A stretch of 64,000 bases of DNA, taken from assembly GCA_963737655.1 (NCBI GenBank), contig CAVTTN010000002.1:5952001-6016000 (forward strand), read 5' to 3'. Below the pieces are notes generated by a model. That model was not told where the DNA came from and ran no database searches. It saw nothing but the letters and a program-made list of their open reading frames with translations. The stretch is from an uncultured Planctomycetota bacterium. Lineage in GTDB: Bacteria > Planctomycetota > Planctomycetia > Isosphaerales > Isosphaeraceae. Of the stretch, positions 20,488-31,145 are shown piece after piece (within the stretch, counting starts at the first letter, position 1; each line of letters starts with the position of its first letter). The translations under genes were made by a program, and so were the position numbers.

Positions 20488-21171
20488 TCAGGGGGCGGGA
20501 TCGGAGAGCCGGGCCGAGAACAGGCCGCGGGCCATCGCGGCGAGGCGGCCGGGGTGGGCGAACGCCTCGGGCAGGCAGTGGCCCCGGAGCGAGCAGCCCC
20601 GGCACTGGGGCTTCTTCACCGCGGGCGGGACTTGAACTGAGGCGAGCAGGTCGTGGAGCCGGGCCACGGCGGTCTCGGTCTCGTCGCGGAGTTCGAGGGT
20701 GAACGGGACCTCGCGCCTCTTCTTGCTGACGGCGTGGAAGACGGCCCCCTCGGGGACCGGCAGGCCGAGCATCTCCTCCAGGCAGAGGGCCTGGGCGCAG
20801 AGCTGGACGTCGTCGTTGCTCCAGGGTCGGGCCTTGCCCCGCTTGTACTCGACCGGGTAGGGCGTCTCGACGAGGGGGAGGCCGGGCGGCTTTCGGCCGG
20901 GCCCGCGGCGGAACTCGACGAGGTCGGCGCGGCCGTAGAGCCGGAGCCGCCGGGAGGCGATCCACAGGCCGCGCTCGGTGCGGACGCCCTTGCGGCGCTC
21001 GAACCCGGGGCGGTCGGCCCTGCGGTGGAGCGAATCGCCTCGCCGGGTGTGCTCGTTGTGGACGTAGAGGCCCTCCAGGTGGCGCAGCGCCGCCCGGCGG
21101 TCGCAATACAGCAGGGCGTTCAGGGCCGACAGGGGGACGAGGTCGTCCCCCTCGGAGTCGGCGGCGGTCAT
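20488..21171 (-). CDS. cas4: Cas4, system B
   Basis: C-terminal part of ORF 20488-23055, from MTAADSEG: LSALNALLYCDR, GRADLVEF, PVEYKRG, CRGCSLRGHC. Confidence 0.93.
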   Translation of the reverse strand: MTAADSEGDDLVPLSALNALLYCDRRAALRHLEGLYVHNEHTRRGDSLHRRADRPGFERRKGVRTERGLWIASRRLRLYGRADLVEFRRGPGRKPPGLPLVETPYPVEYKRGKARPWSNDDVQLCAQALCLEEMLGLPVPEGAVFHAVSKKRREVPFTLELRDETETAVARLHDLLASVQVPPAVKKPQCRGCSLRGHCLPEAFAHPGRLAAMARGLFSARLSDPAP

Positions 21172-22121
21172 CGCGCCGGGTCCACGTGGCGGTGGAGCTT
21201 CACGCCCGGGAACCTCGCCTCGTCGAACCCGACCTTCACCGCGTAGTCGGCGAACGACTGTGGCATCGAGTCCCTGGCCTTCAGCGCCACCCCCACCGAG
21301 TCGAACAGCTCGTGGGCGTGGGCGCAGCCGAGCATCGCCTCGCGGCGGTTCTGCTCGGGGTTGGGGCCGGCCTGGGTGCCGACGTGCTCGAAGTCCAGGA
21401 CGCCCCGGACGACCATGTCCCCCCGGGCCGCCGAGCGGTCGTGGTCGAAGAGGTGCGTCAGGGCCTCGATGAAGAGGTCGTAGTCGGCCCGGTCGAACCC
21501 CGTGTTCTGGGCGAACCGGGGCGACACGTAGCACTTCGCGGAGTACAGGCCGTAGGGGACGATGTACTTCTGCCCCATCGTCCGGCCGCTCTCGGCATCC
21601 GCCTCCTTCGTGGCGACGCATCGGGTGATGGTGATCTCCTGGGTGGTGATCGGGTCGAACGACCTGCCGAAGGAGAACTGGACGGGCCCGCGGATCTGGC
21701 CGTGGGCCGAACCCTTCATGACGTCGCCGCCGGTCGAGATCACCTGGCCGAAGGTGCGGATGTCGTAGTACTGGTTGCAGAGCCAGTCCTTGATCAGGCG
21801 GCCGTGCTCGTCCTTGATCTTCGCCTTGTCCTTCTTCTCCCGGACCTGGTCCTTCGTCCTCGACTCGGCCTCGGCCTGCTTGGTGTTGAGGACGTTCCCC
21901 TGCTTGATGAGGATGTCGAACGCCTTGCCGTTGGTGGGCGGCGGGAAGAGGTCCACGTAGTTGCGGACCTTGCGCTTCAGGCAGACGTCGGAGACCAGGC
22001 CGCGGCCCGAGGCGGCATCGACCCGGGGCTGGTTGCCGGCGTCGGGGTCGCCGTTGGGGTTGCCGTTGGTGACCTCGAAGAGGACCAGGATGTCGTGGCG
22101 CGAAGCGAGGGGCTCGGACAT
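21168..22121 (-). CDS. cas7: Type I-C Cas7/Csd2, system B
   Basis: GNPNGDPDAGNQPRVD, SDVCLKRKVRN, QIRGPVQ, FDHDRSAARG. Confidence 0.95.
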   Translation of the reverse strand: MSEPLASRHDILVLFEVTNGNPNGDPDAGNQPRVDAASGRGLVSDVCLKRKVRNYVDLFPPPTNGKAFDILIKQGNVLNTKQAEAESRTKDQVREKKDKAKIKDEHGRLIKDWLCNQYYDIRTFGQVISTGGDVMKGSAHGQIRGPVQFSFGRSFDPITTQEITITRCVATKEADAESGRTMGQKYIVPYGLYSAKCYVSPRFAQNTGFDRADYDLFIEALTHLFDHDRSAARGDMVVRGVLDFEHVGTQAGPNPEQNRREAMLGCAHAHELFDSVGVALKARDSMPQSFADYAVKVGFDEARFPGVKLHRHVDPAR

Positions 22122-22163
22122 GGAACGGCGTCCTTTCTTGGTGGCGCGAGGGGGTCGTCCGGG

Positions 22164-24206
22164 TCAGTCGGATTCGGAGGGGATGGGGGCCTGGACCTCG
22201 GCGAGCGCCTCGAGGGTCGGGTCCTCGGCCGCCTTGCCGGCGGCCTTGTCGGCGAGGTATTTCTTGATGGCGCGGTCGTCGGCCGCCTTCTGCTGGTGGA
22301 AGCCGAGGGCGAACCGGCCCTGCTCCTTGGGGCCGAGCAGCGAGGGGAATTCCGGGGCGGCGCCGACGCTGCGGGGCCCCAGCCGGGCGAGGATCTCGTT
22401 GACCCTCGCCGACAGCGCCCAGCCCTTGCCCTGGAGCCTCGGGTCGCCGCTCTTCTTGAGCTTCTTCTCGTGGGCCTTGGCCAGCCGGAGCAGGGTCTGG
22501 AAGGAATTCGCGGGGTAGACCGACGCCGCCCCGTAGAACCGCGAGACGACGTCGCCGCCGACCTGCCCCTGGGCGGCCCTCTGGAGGTCGTCGAGGACGG
22601 CGAGGAGCCGGCCGCCGTTGTACGCGGGGTCGTTCGTGTCCTCGCAGAGGACGAGTTCGACGGGCATCGGCGAGTCTCCCGATCGCTTGAGGATGAGCTT
22701 GATGAGCGCGAATCGCGACGTGTCGAAGCGGAGGCCGTTGCCCTTCTCCTTCGCGGCGATCCTCAGCCGCTGGAGCGCCGGGCCGAGGAGCGCCGCCGGG
22801 TTGAACCGGGACGGGTCGAGGGCGGCCCGGTACAGGGCGTCGTAGGTCGAATCCTGGACCTCCGACGGGACCCGGGCCGTGGTCGCGGCGAGGGCATACA
22901 CCGAGAATGGGTTGATCGCCCCGAACGGCGAATCCTCCGGGCCGGAGGGCGCGGGCCCCCTGGCCTTCCTGGGGACCGCGATGGCCTCGACCTTCAGGTC
23001 GTCGAACCAGGCACGGACGGCGTCGATGACCTCGCCCAGGGGCTCGTCGAGCCATCGGCGGACGACGACCCGGCCGCCGTTGGCCGCGAGCGTCAGGGAT
23101 CGATAGAGCCCCCCGGTGCGGAACTCGAAGAACTCGCCCCCCTTCTCGAAGGCCCGGAAGAACCTCTCCAGGGCGTCCGAGGTCGGGACGTTCAGGACGT
23201 CGAGGACCATCCCACCCAGCTCGGGGCGGACGTCCACCCAGCCGCAGAGGACGGCATCGCCGACCTTCGCCCGGAGGCCCCTCTCGGAGAGGACGTGGTT
23301 CAGGCCGAGGGCGTAGGCCGCGGCGGCGTCCTCGGAGACCGGGGCGTTCCAGCCCCCTTCGAAACCGTAGGAGCGGAGGCTCGGCGTCATCTTGTCGAAC
23401 GAGACGAGGTAGCCGCCGATCGGCGGCAGGCCCGGGACGCCCTTGATGGTCGTCCGGTGGACCTCGGCGATCGGGACCTCGACCGGATTCTCCGCGTCGC
23501 CGGTGACGAGGCAGATCCCCCGAGGGGCCGTCGTTCCCGGCGTGGCCTCCGCGAACCGCTCGCGGCGGAACTGGTCGCGCCAGTAGTCGATCAGGGGCGA
23601 GTCCTCGTCGGCGAAGACGGGGAGGGCGAGCGCCCCGACCTGGAACGTGACCGTCTTGCCTTCGAGGGGCACCGGACCGTTCGGGGTGAGGGCGGAGAAG
23701 GCCGGCTTGCCCTCCTTGCCGACCGGCACGACGTCGGCGATCGCCGCGAGCGCGGCCTTGCGGTCGGGGGCCGCCAGGAAGAGGTCCCGGAACCCGAGCA
23801 TCGCCGCGAGCTCCGCGCTCTTCGTCGCCTCGTGGGCGTCGGCGATCCGCTTCCAGTAATGGTCGAACGCCTTGGCCGCGTTCTTGCCGCCGGCCGGGAT
23901 CGGCTCGCCGTCCTTCGCGGAGAGGCCGAGGACCTTCTCGGCCGAGTCGGCGAGGAAATGGGCCTTACCCCCGGCGTTCACGCCCGGGTACTCGGGCATC
24001 GCCAGCGACTTGAATTCGATCGACCTCATCTTCCCCGGCTTCTTGGGGTCGGGGACCTCGTCGTTGAGCGGGTCCCACGCGCCGGAGGCCAGGGGACGGC
24101 CGGCGGAGTCGATGCGGAGGACCAGGTGGACGGGCCTCTTGCGGATGGCCATGTCCTCGATCAGTTTCTGTCGATGGGCATAGTCGTGGAGGGCCTTGAG
24201 GATCAC
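22164..24206 (-). CDS. cas8c: Divergent Cas8c/Csd1, system B
   Basis: GTG start (VILKAL) overlapping the cas5 stop. AHFLADS, CLVTG, SLRSYG, AYNGGRLLAVLDDLQ, EQGRFALGFHQQ. Confidence 0.88.
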   Translation of the reverse strand: MILKALHDYAHRQKLIEDMAIRKRPVHLVLRIDSAGRPLASGAWDPLNDEVPDPKKPGKMRSIEFKSLAMPEYPGVNAGGKAHFLADSAEKVLGLSAKDGEPIPAGGKNAAKAFDHYWKRIADAHEATKSAELAAMLGFRDLFLAAPDRKAALAAIADVVPVGKEGKPAFSALTPNGPVPLEGKTVTFQVGALALPVFADEDSPLIDYWRDQFRRERFAEATPGTTAPRGICLVTGDAENPVEVPIAEVHRTTIKGVPGLPPIGGYLVSFDKMTPSLRSYGFEGGWNAPVSEDAAAAYALGLNHVLSERGLRAKVGDAVLCGWVDVRPELGGMVLDVLNVPTSDALERFFRAFEKGGEFFEFRTGGLYRSLTLAANGGRVVVRRWLDEPLGEVIDAVRAWFDDLKVEAIAVPRKARGPAPSGPEDSPFGAINPFSVYALAATTARVPSEVQDSTYDALYRAALDPSRFNPAALLGPALQRLRIAAKEKGNGLRFDTSRFALIKLILKRSGDSPMPVELVLCEDTNDPAYNGGRLLAVLDDLQRAAQGQVGGDVVSRFYGAASVYPANSFQTLLRLAKAHEKKLKKSGDPRLQGKGWALSARVNEILARLGPRSVGAAPEFPSLLGPKEQGRFALGFHQQKAADDRAIKKYLADKAAGKAAEDPTLEALAEVQAPIPSESD

Positions 24207-24940
24207 GCCGTCGCCTCCTTCTTCTTGATGACCTTGACGCGGTCGGGGTGGCAGTCGAGCCGGGCCCCGACGACCCGGGCGTGGAAGAACACGGAGGCCG
24301 GCGCGACGTCGCGGCCGGAGCCTCGGAGCGTCGGGTCGAAGACGTCGTAGAGCATCAGGCCGAGGTCTTCGGTGGCCGCCCAATCCTCGACGCCGAGCCG
24401 GACGGCCGCCGGGTCCTCGACGTGCTCGAAGAAGGCGTCGAACTCCCGGACCCCGAGGCAGGGCCGGTGCGTACACTTCCCCGCCTTCGCCCGGCGGACG
24501 AACTGCCCGCGGTACTTCTCGATGAAGTCCCTCGGCGGCTCGGCCCGGTCCGTCAGGCGGATCTCGGACGTGATCAGGTATTCCACGCCCGAAAGCGCCA
24601 GCATGCCCCTCTGGGTGGTGTCGTCGGCACCGCCCCCGGCCCGGATCGCGGCCATCGGGGGCCCGCCCTCCATCGCCCGGCCCGCCTCCTTCATCGAGAC
24701 GACCCGCTTCACCTCGTTCCGCCGGAACGAGAACCACGAGCCGCGCCGGATGACCCCGATCGAGTCGATCAGGTAGCACATCTGAGGCTCCCAGTAGATC
24801 GCCTCCAGGATGCCGCGGGCCGCCGAGGGCGTGAGGAGCGGATAGGAGACGCGCTCCGCCTTGAGTTCGGGGCGGGTCACGCAGGCGAAATCGCCCCAGA
24901 CGCGGAGGGAGACGAGGCCCGGATGTTTGCTCACGCTCAT
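24203..24940 (-). CDS. cas5: Type I-C Cas5, system B
   Basis: WGDFACVTRPELKAERVSYPLLTPSAARGILEAIYW, RRNEV, PCLGVREF. Confidence 0.95.
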   Translation of the reverse strand: MSVSKHPGLVSLRVWGDFACVTRPELKAERVSYPLLTPSAARGILEAIYWEPQMCYLIDSIGVIRRGSWFSFRRNEVKRVVSMKEAGRAMEGGPPMAAIRAGGGADDTTQRGMLALSGVEYLITSEIRLTDRAEPPRDFIEKYRGQFVRRAKAGKCTHRPCLGVREFDAFFEHVEDPAAVRLGVEDWAATEDLGLMLYDVFDPTLRGSGRDVAPASVFFHARVVGARLDCHPDRVKVIKKKEATA

Positions 24941-25109
24941 CGCTCCTTTCGTGGCGTTGTCGGTTCGGAGGTGTCGAAGGGCGGGGCGAAGTCACGGCGA
25001 TCCGCGGCGATGCGATGGAGGTCGGGGGTCATCCGAGGGAGAGGGAGACATCCCCGGCCCGAGCGGCCTCGGGCCGGGGGCCCTTCGGTCCGCCACCGAT
25101 CGGGAGGGT

Positions 25110-27440
25110 TCATCGGACGTCCCCGAATGGGTCCGATCCCTTCCCCATGACGCAGTATTCCTCGATGGGCAGCTCCACGACGGGGATGCCCAAGGCTTCT
25201 TCATATTTGCCGAGGTATTCGAGCGGGCCGTCCTCCTGCCCGTGGGAAAGGGGCTGGATCAAATCCTGGCGGCGGAAGTGCTCGATCCAGTCCGGCATGA
25301 GCGAGACGCTCAGCCGCTGGAGTCGGCGATGGTCGCCAGGGCCCAGGTGGGCCCTGCGCGGATCGCCTCGATGAGTTCGCTCGCGGCCTCGCCGAAGGGG
25401 ACGACCACGCCCCGGCCGGCCTCGTCGATGACCTTGAACAGCTCATCGACCCTGCGGAACCTGAGTTCCCGGCGCGCTTTCTGGATCTCCAGGCCGAGTT
25501 CGCAACCCTCGCCCCTCTTGATGAGATATTCGTGGTAAGCCTCGAAGATCGAGGGGTCGGTGAGGATGCGAGAGGGGTCGGCGGCATGCACGAGGAGGAA
25601 CTCGCGGGCGGTCGCCGTCGCTCGACGGTAGTAGCCGGGCGGCGTGTCGTTCTTGTCCAGGGGTTCGAAGACGATCACCCGCCCCTCGGGCGAGCCGGCG
25701 GCGCGGGTCAGGAGGCCCTCGCGGTCACACCGACCGGCGGCCTGGATGATTGCATCCAGTGGTGCCAGGGCCCGATAGACCACCGGGAAGTCGATGTCGA
25801 CCCCGGCTTCCACCACTTGCGTACTGATGACAATGCAGTCCTCGGTCTCCAGGTCGCCGTAGATGGTCCCCGGCCCGGCGTCGCCCTTCCGGCCGAGGAC
25901 GGCCTCTCGGTGGGCGGGGCACATCGTGCTGGAGAGGTGGTGCAGGTTGCGGAACTCGCGCCCTTTCAGGGCATTGAACAGCTCCTGCGCGTGCTTGCGG
26001 AGGTTGACGATCACCAGGGCCTTCGGCGTGCCCTCCAGGCGGTCGGCCAGGTCGTCCCACGACCAGCGGCCCTCGGCCAGGAACGGCAGTTCGAGGCGGG
26101 CGCGGGCGAGGTCCCGGAAGAGGGCCGTCCGGTCCTCGATCACCTCGCGGCAGAGGCCGGGGGTGAATCCGCTGGGCAGGGTCGTCTTCCTCCGGGCGAA
26201 GGTCGGCCTCGTCGCCGATGCAGAGGAGCGAGGTGACGCCGAAGTGGGCGGAGAGGTCGCCCAGGGCGCTCAGGACCGGGTCGAGCAGGGGGAACGGGAG
26301 CGCCTGGACCTCGTCGAGGACGACGACCGACCTCGCGATGTTGTGGAGCTTCCTGGTGCGGCCGGGCCGGCACGAGAAGAGGGACTCGAGGAACTGGACG
26401 GCGGTGGTCACGACCACGGGGGCGTCCCAGTTCTCGGTGGCGTTGCCGGCCCGACGCCTCGCCTTCGAGATGCCCTCCTCGCCGTCCCCCTCCTCGACGG
26501 CCACGGCGGAGTGGTGCTCCAGGACGACGTCGGGCCCGCCGTCGCGGTTCAGGGCCCGGCGGTAGACGGCCGCGTTCTGCTCGATGATCGCCAGGAACGG
26601 CAGGACGACGATCACCCGGCGGAGCCCATGCTGCTTCGCGTGCTCCAGGGCGAAGGCCATCGCGGCGAGCGTCTTGCCCGAGCCCGTCGGCGCCCTCAGG
26701 CTGAACAGGCCGGGCGGGAGGGCCGCGGCCCGCAAGCAGGACTCGTAGACGTCCCGCCGGGCCGCATCGATGGCGCCATCGTCCTGCTTCGAGAGGCCCC
26801 GGACGTACTCCGAGAGCCGATCGCCGAGCGCGACGGGATCGAACGGGATCGACGGCCGCCCCTCGCCGGTGAAATAGCGCTCGGTGTCGAGGTGGTCGGC
26901 GTCCACCAGGCACGAGAACAGCATCCGCACCCTCAGCTCGCGATCGAACGACGCCGAGGCGAACTGGCTTCGAGGGTCGAGAGCGATCAGGGGGTCGGCG
27001 AGGGGTGCATGCCACGGGATCGACCTCGGCACCATCGCCGACTCGAGCCTCTTCAGGAGTTCGGGAGCCGCCTGCCCCGGCGTCAGGTCGCGATCGGTGA
27101 GGCCGTCCTGATACCCCCCGTAATCTGCCAGGCCGGCGTGGTGTCCGAGGACGGCGAACGCCGCACTATATCGCTGCGCGGAGTGGGCGGACGCGGCGCC
27201 GTAGACGGCGTGACGCTTCCCCTTCTCCGGCCCCGACCAGGCCCCCCGCAGGTATTGCTGGAAGGCCGGGCGGAACTTCCCGAGGTCATGGAGCCACCCG
27301 GCGACCCGGGCATCCGTCTCCAGGCCCGGCGTGGCGAGGCGGGCGAGCTCCGCGGAGAGGTCCGCGACGGCCCGCAAGTGTTCGACGAGGTCATGCGGCC
27401 GACCGTCCGAGCCGCCGAGGTGCGCATAAATCCCGCTCAT
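25110..27440 (-). pseudogene. cas3: Cas3, system B, with two frameshifts (near 26220 and 25350)
   Basis: HDLGK, GHHAGL, LVDADHLDT, APTGSGKT and LDEVQ in ORF 25725-27479; VEAGVDIDF and QAAGRC in ORF 25310-26143; tail in ORF 25110-25298. Confidence 0.88.
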
Positions 27441-27531
27441 GGCGTCCTCGCCCATCCGCGCCGTGGCCCGCACCGACATGGTCCGGCCTGGGTCGTCGAG
27501 CCACCCCCGCGGATGACTGCACGCAGGTTTA

Positions 27532-28469
27532 GAGCGTATCCCAGTAGGTGGACAGGCGCATACAATTCGTGTGTGATGCCCGCTCCTTTTCCGGGATTCG
27601 TCTCATGGCCAAGGCTCGGCCCCGCGCCTCGTCCCCATCCGCTCCACCGGTCGACGATCAGTGGCGTATCCCCGACCCGCTGTGGGAACGCATCGTGCAA
27701 CTGCTACCGCCTCGGCCGCTCCACCCGCTGGGCTGCCACAACCCTTGCACCGACGACCGCAAGGCCATGGACGCCGTCTTCTTCGTACTGCGCACCGGCT
27801 GCCGTTGGGGGGCCCTCGACGCCACCGGCATCTGCAAGCATTCCTCGGCCCACCGCCGCTTCCAGGAGTGGGCCGCCGCCGGCGTCTTCGTCAACCTCTG
27901 GGCCTCGGGCCTCCAGGAATACGACGAGCTGAAGGGGCTGGATTGGGAGTGGCTGGCGATGGACGGGGCCATGACCAAGGCCCCGCTGGGAGGCGAGCGG
28001 CCCGGCCGGGACCCGACGGACCGGGGCAAGCAGGGCACCAAGCGGAGCCCGCTGGTTGAGGCCGGCGGGGTGCCGGTGGGGCTTGCGGTCGATGGTGCCA
28101 ACCGGCACGACAAGAAGCTCGTGGAGGCGACCCTGGAGAGCATCCCGGCGGATCGTCCCGAGCCGACGCCGGAGAGGCCGCAGGGGCTGTGCCTGGACAA
28201 GGGCTACGACTACGACGACACGAGGGAACTGGTGAGGGAGTTCGGCTTCACGGCGCACGTCCGGGCCCGGGGCGAGGAGGCCGAGGAACTCAAGCGGGAG
28301 GCGGGCCAGAAGGCCCGCCGCTGGGTGGTGGAGCGGACACACAGCTGGATGAACCGGTTCCGTCGGCTCCTGATCCGTTGGGAGAAGCAGGTGGAGAATT
28401 ACTTCGGCATGTTGCACTTCGTCTGCGCCTGGATCACCTATCGATCCGCCGGCCTACTGGGATAGGCTC
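27532..28469 (+). mobile_element. IS5-family insertion sequence, 938 bp, with 17-bp terminal inverted repeats and TTA target duplication
   Basis: IRL GAGCGTATCCCAGTAGG 27532-27548; IRR CCTACTGGGATAGGCTC 28453-28469 (one mismatch); TTA at 27529-27531 and 28470-28472. Confidence 0.92.
27605..28465 (+). CDS. IS5-family DDE transposase
   Basis: VLRTGCRW, AHRRFQEW, AMDG, DGANRHD, LDKGYD, RWVVERTHSWMNRFRRL. Confidence 0.93.
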   Translation: MAKARPRASSPSAPPVDDQWRIPDPLWERIVQLLPPRPLHPLGCHNPCTDDRKAMDAVFFVLRTGCRWGALDATGICKHSSAHRRFQEWAAAGVFVNLWASGLQEYDELKGLDWEWLAMDGAMTKAPLGGERPGRDPTDRGKQGTKRSPLVEAGGVPVGLAVDGANRHDKKLVEATLESIPADRPEPTPERPQGLCLDKGYDYDDTRELVREFGFTAHVRARGEEAEELKREAGQKARRWVVERTHSWMNRFRRLLIRWEKQVENYFGMLHFVCAWITYRSAGLLG

Positions 28470-28953
28470 TTAGGCGAGGCTTCGCCTTCACCAGGGACTC
28501 CGGAGCGAACTCCAAGGCTCGCACCCATGACAGCCCCCGGCCACGCGGGTTCTGCTCCTCGGACATGCCGAGCCCCCCTCGCCGTTCCATGGGGCCGAGT
28601 CCGACGTCGGACCGAGGTAACCATCTTGTGAAACGCATCTGCTGAGCACCGCTGGCTTGGCTCAGGTGACTCGGCGACCAGGATAGATCATCTCCGCTCC
28701 GAGATGCGGGCCTTGCAGGTGCGGCATCGATTGACGATCGGGCGGAGTTTCGTGCCATGGTTTCAGGCCACGAGGGGAAAGTACGGAACAGAGAAGGTCT
28801 CCGGATCGACGCGAGAAGAAGCGGCTTGCGTCGGCTCGGAGCGTAGCATAAGCTCTCACATCCAGCGGGACGGGCACATGCCGGTCGCTCGCCGTTTCCA
28901 TCGGCGCGTCGTTTCCCGCGCTCGTTCAGTCACCGCACGGACCCCTGACTCGC

Positions 28954-29385
28954 GTGCAAACGTCCGGCGCATCGGGTCGCTTGAAGTTCCGCCTCGTCGG
29001 AGTGGCCTTCGCCCTCCTGACGGTGGCTGGCCTCGCGCCCGGCGCGGCCCGCGCCGATTGCTGGCATCCGGGACGCGAAGGGCCGGACCACCTGGTCCTG
29101 CTCCGCGACGCCGGGGCGCTGGGCGAGACGGGCCGGTCGGCCCTCCTGGACGAGTCTCACAACATGCCGAGACCGGACTCGGGCGGATGCACCGGGCCGT
29201 ATTGCTCGGACCGCTCCGAGCAGCCCCTGCCCCCCTCGGCGGCGACGTCGCCGCGGATGAGCCAGTGGGCGGTGCTGGATGCGCCGCCGCCTCCGATCAC
29301 CCCGGCCTCGTTCCCCCGCCGTCACGACGACGGCGACGCGAGCCCGATCCTCGCGGCCGACGCGATCTTCCATCCTCCGAGATGA
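28954..29385 (+). CDS. Small secreted protein with CTGPYC and C-terminal IFHPPR; possible regulatory leader/arrest peptide
   Basis: Signal-peptide-like N-terminus ending ARA, Cys pair, Pro-rich linker, PP motif just before the stop. Confidence 0.6.
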   Translation: MQTSGASGRLKFRLVGVAFALLTVAGLAPGAARADCWHPGREGPDHLVLLRDAGALGETGRSALLDESHNMPRPDSGGCTGPYCSDRSEQPLPPSAATSPRMSQWAVLDAPPPPITPASFPRRHDDGDASPILAADAIFHPPR

Positions 29386-29824
29386 GCCGCGCCGGCGGTC
29401 GGGTCGACGGCCCATCGCGATGATGGTGCGCGCCCGAAGGGGCAGGCGCCATCTCCCCCGGACTGTCGCCGATCTCTCGGCGGTCGCGAGCGGCCACGCA
29501 TGCCCTTGGAGAATCCTCTCCCGGTGCGGGCGGTGACGCTCCTGCGCCTCGAGCGATCGGCGGCCCCAACCCGAGGGTCCGCACGACGAGCCGACCGCCC
29601 TCGCCGCCGTCACGTCCACGCCTCCGGGCTCGATCGGACACCGCGCGCGGAGCGGCGCGAGGGGTCGGATGGGCCGGGTGCGCGTGCATTCGACCTCCCG
29701 GATTCCACCGATGCCGCCCGATCCGCCACGGTCGCGCCCCGCGCCCGGTCGGGGCGTCGCACGGGCCTCGAGGAACGTGCGCGACGAGTTCAGCTCATCA
29801 TTTGTCTTGAAAGAGCATGAATTC

Positions 29825-30692
29825 ATGAAGATTCCTGAGGCGCGACGCGGCTTCACCCTGATCAAGCTGCTCATGGTGATCGCCATCATCGGCGTCTTGA
29901 TCGCCCTGCTGTGCCCTGCCCGGTGCCGAGCTGCCGATGCAGCCCTCGCCGTCGGCTTCGAGCTTCTCGGCGGTCTCGCACCTGCTCCCGAGGTTAGAGC
30001 TGACGAACCAGTACAACGGCCTGAACTTCTCGCTCCCCAGCTCGGACCCCGCGAACGCGACGGTCTCGTTCTCGGCCGTCTCGTCGTTCATCTGCCCGTC
30101 GGACGTGAACAACACGGCGCTGGCGCAGATCGGCGCACAGACGCACTACATGGCCGACATGGGGAGCTGGATCGTCTGGCAGGCGGCCACCGGCCCGAAC
30201 ACGGCGCTTCAGCCCCCCAGCGGCGAGTTCTACGGCAACGGCGCCACGCGGTTCGCCGACATCACCGACGGCCTGTCGAACACCGCGTTCTACAGCGAGC
30301 GCATCCTGGCCGATGGCAACAACGCCGTCGTCAGCCCGATCGCCGACGTCTTCTTCCCGAAGGGGTCGCCCACGACGATCGACGACGCCGTGAGCCAGCG
30401 CCGGGTGCTGGACATCACCGACCTGAGCAACCAGTTCCCGCTCTTCATGGGCGCCCCGTGGACCAACGGCCAGCACGTCTTCACGCACCTGGGCGGGCCG
30501 AACACGCGGTCGTGCGGCTTCTTCATCTTGCTCAGGGTGATCATGCCGCCGTCGAGCCGCCATCCGGGCGGGATCAACGTCCTGAGGGGGGACGGCCCGG
30601 TGAAGTTCGTCAAGGACTCGATCAACCTCCAAACCTGGCGCGCCCTGGGCACGCGGTCGGGCGGCGAGATCATCAACCAAACGGACCTTTGA
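29825..30692 (+). pseudogene. DUF1559 / prepilin-like protein, degraded
   Basis: RRGFTLIKLL has K where the conserved pilin E is expected. The usual AVQAAREAARR..CxNNLKQ block is missing at a frame change near 29920. C-terminal part keeps ITDGLSNT and SRHPGGINV..GDG. Confidence 0.8.
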
Positions 30693-30714
30693 ACCAAGAG
30701 AGCGACACGACGCC

Positions 30715-31104
30715 ATGATCACCGCACGCAAGCTCCGCGCGTCGCTCCTGGCCCTGGCCGCCCTCGCGGCGGCCGGGTGCGCCGAGTCCATCGGCCCGAC
30801 TCCGCTCGACGAGGGGAAGGCCCGCGACGCGCTCAAAGTCACGCTCGACGCCTGGAAGGACGGATCGTCGACCGACTCCCTGAAGTCCGGCCCGCAGGCC
30901 ATCGTCGCGCAGGATCTCGACTGGCAGACCGGCGCGAAGCTCGTCGATTTCTCGATCGAAGGGGACGGCAAGAAGGTCGATTCGAACCTGCGGGTCCCCG
31001 TCAAATTGACCCTGAAGGACGCGTCCGGGAAAGGCGCCGTCAAGACCGTCAACTACCTCGTGACCACCAGCCCGAAGGTGACCGTCTTCCGCGGCTTCCC
31101 CTGA
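30715..31104 (+). CDS. Hypothetical lipoprotein
   Basis: Lipobox-like LAAAGC; typical partner position after a DUF1559 gene. Confidence 0.75.
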   Translation: MITARKLRASLLALAALAAAGCAESIGPTPLDEGKARDALKVTLDAWKDGSSTDSLKSGPQAIVAQDLDWQTGAKLVDFSIEGDGKKVDSNLRVPVKLTLKDASGKGAVKTVNYLVTTSPKVTVFRGFP

Positions 31105-31145
31105 CGGGCGCGACACGGATCGACTCCAACTCCCGGAGTCCCGCG

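Noticed and set aside
24941..25109. Searched for a system B counterpart of the cas5-leader pseudo-repeat
   Set aside because: Only a GC hairpin is present; no ATTGAAAC handle and no PAM-flanked duplicate.
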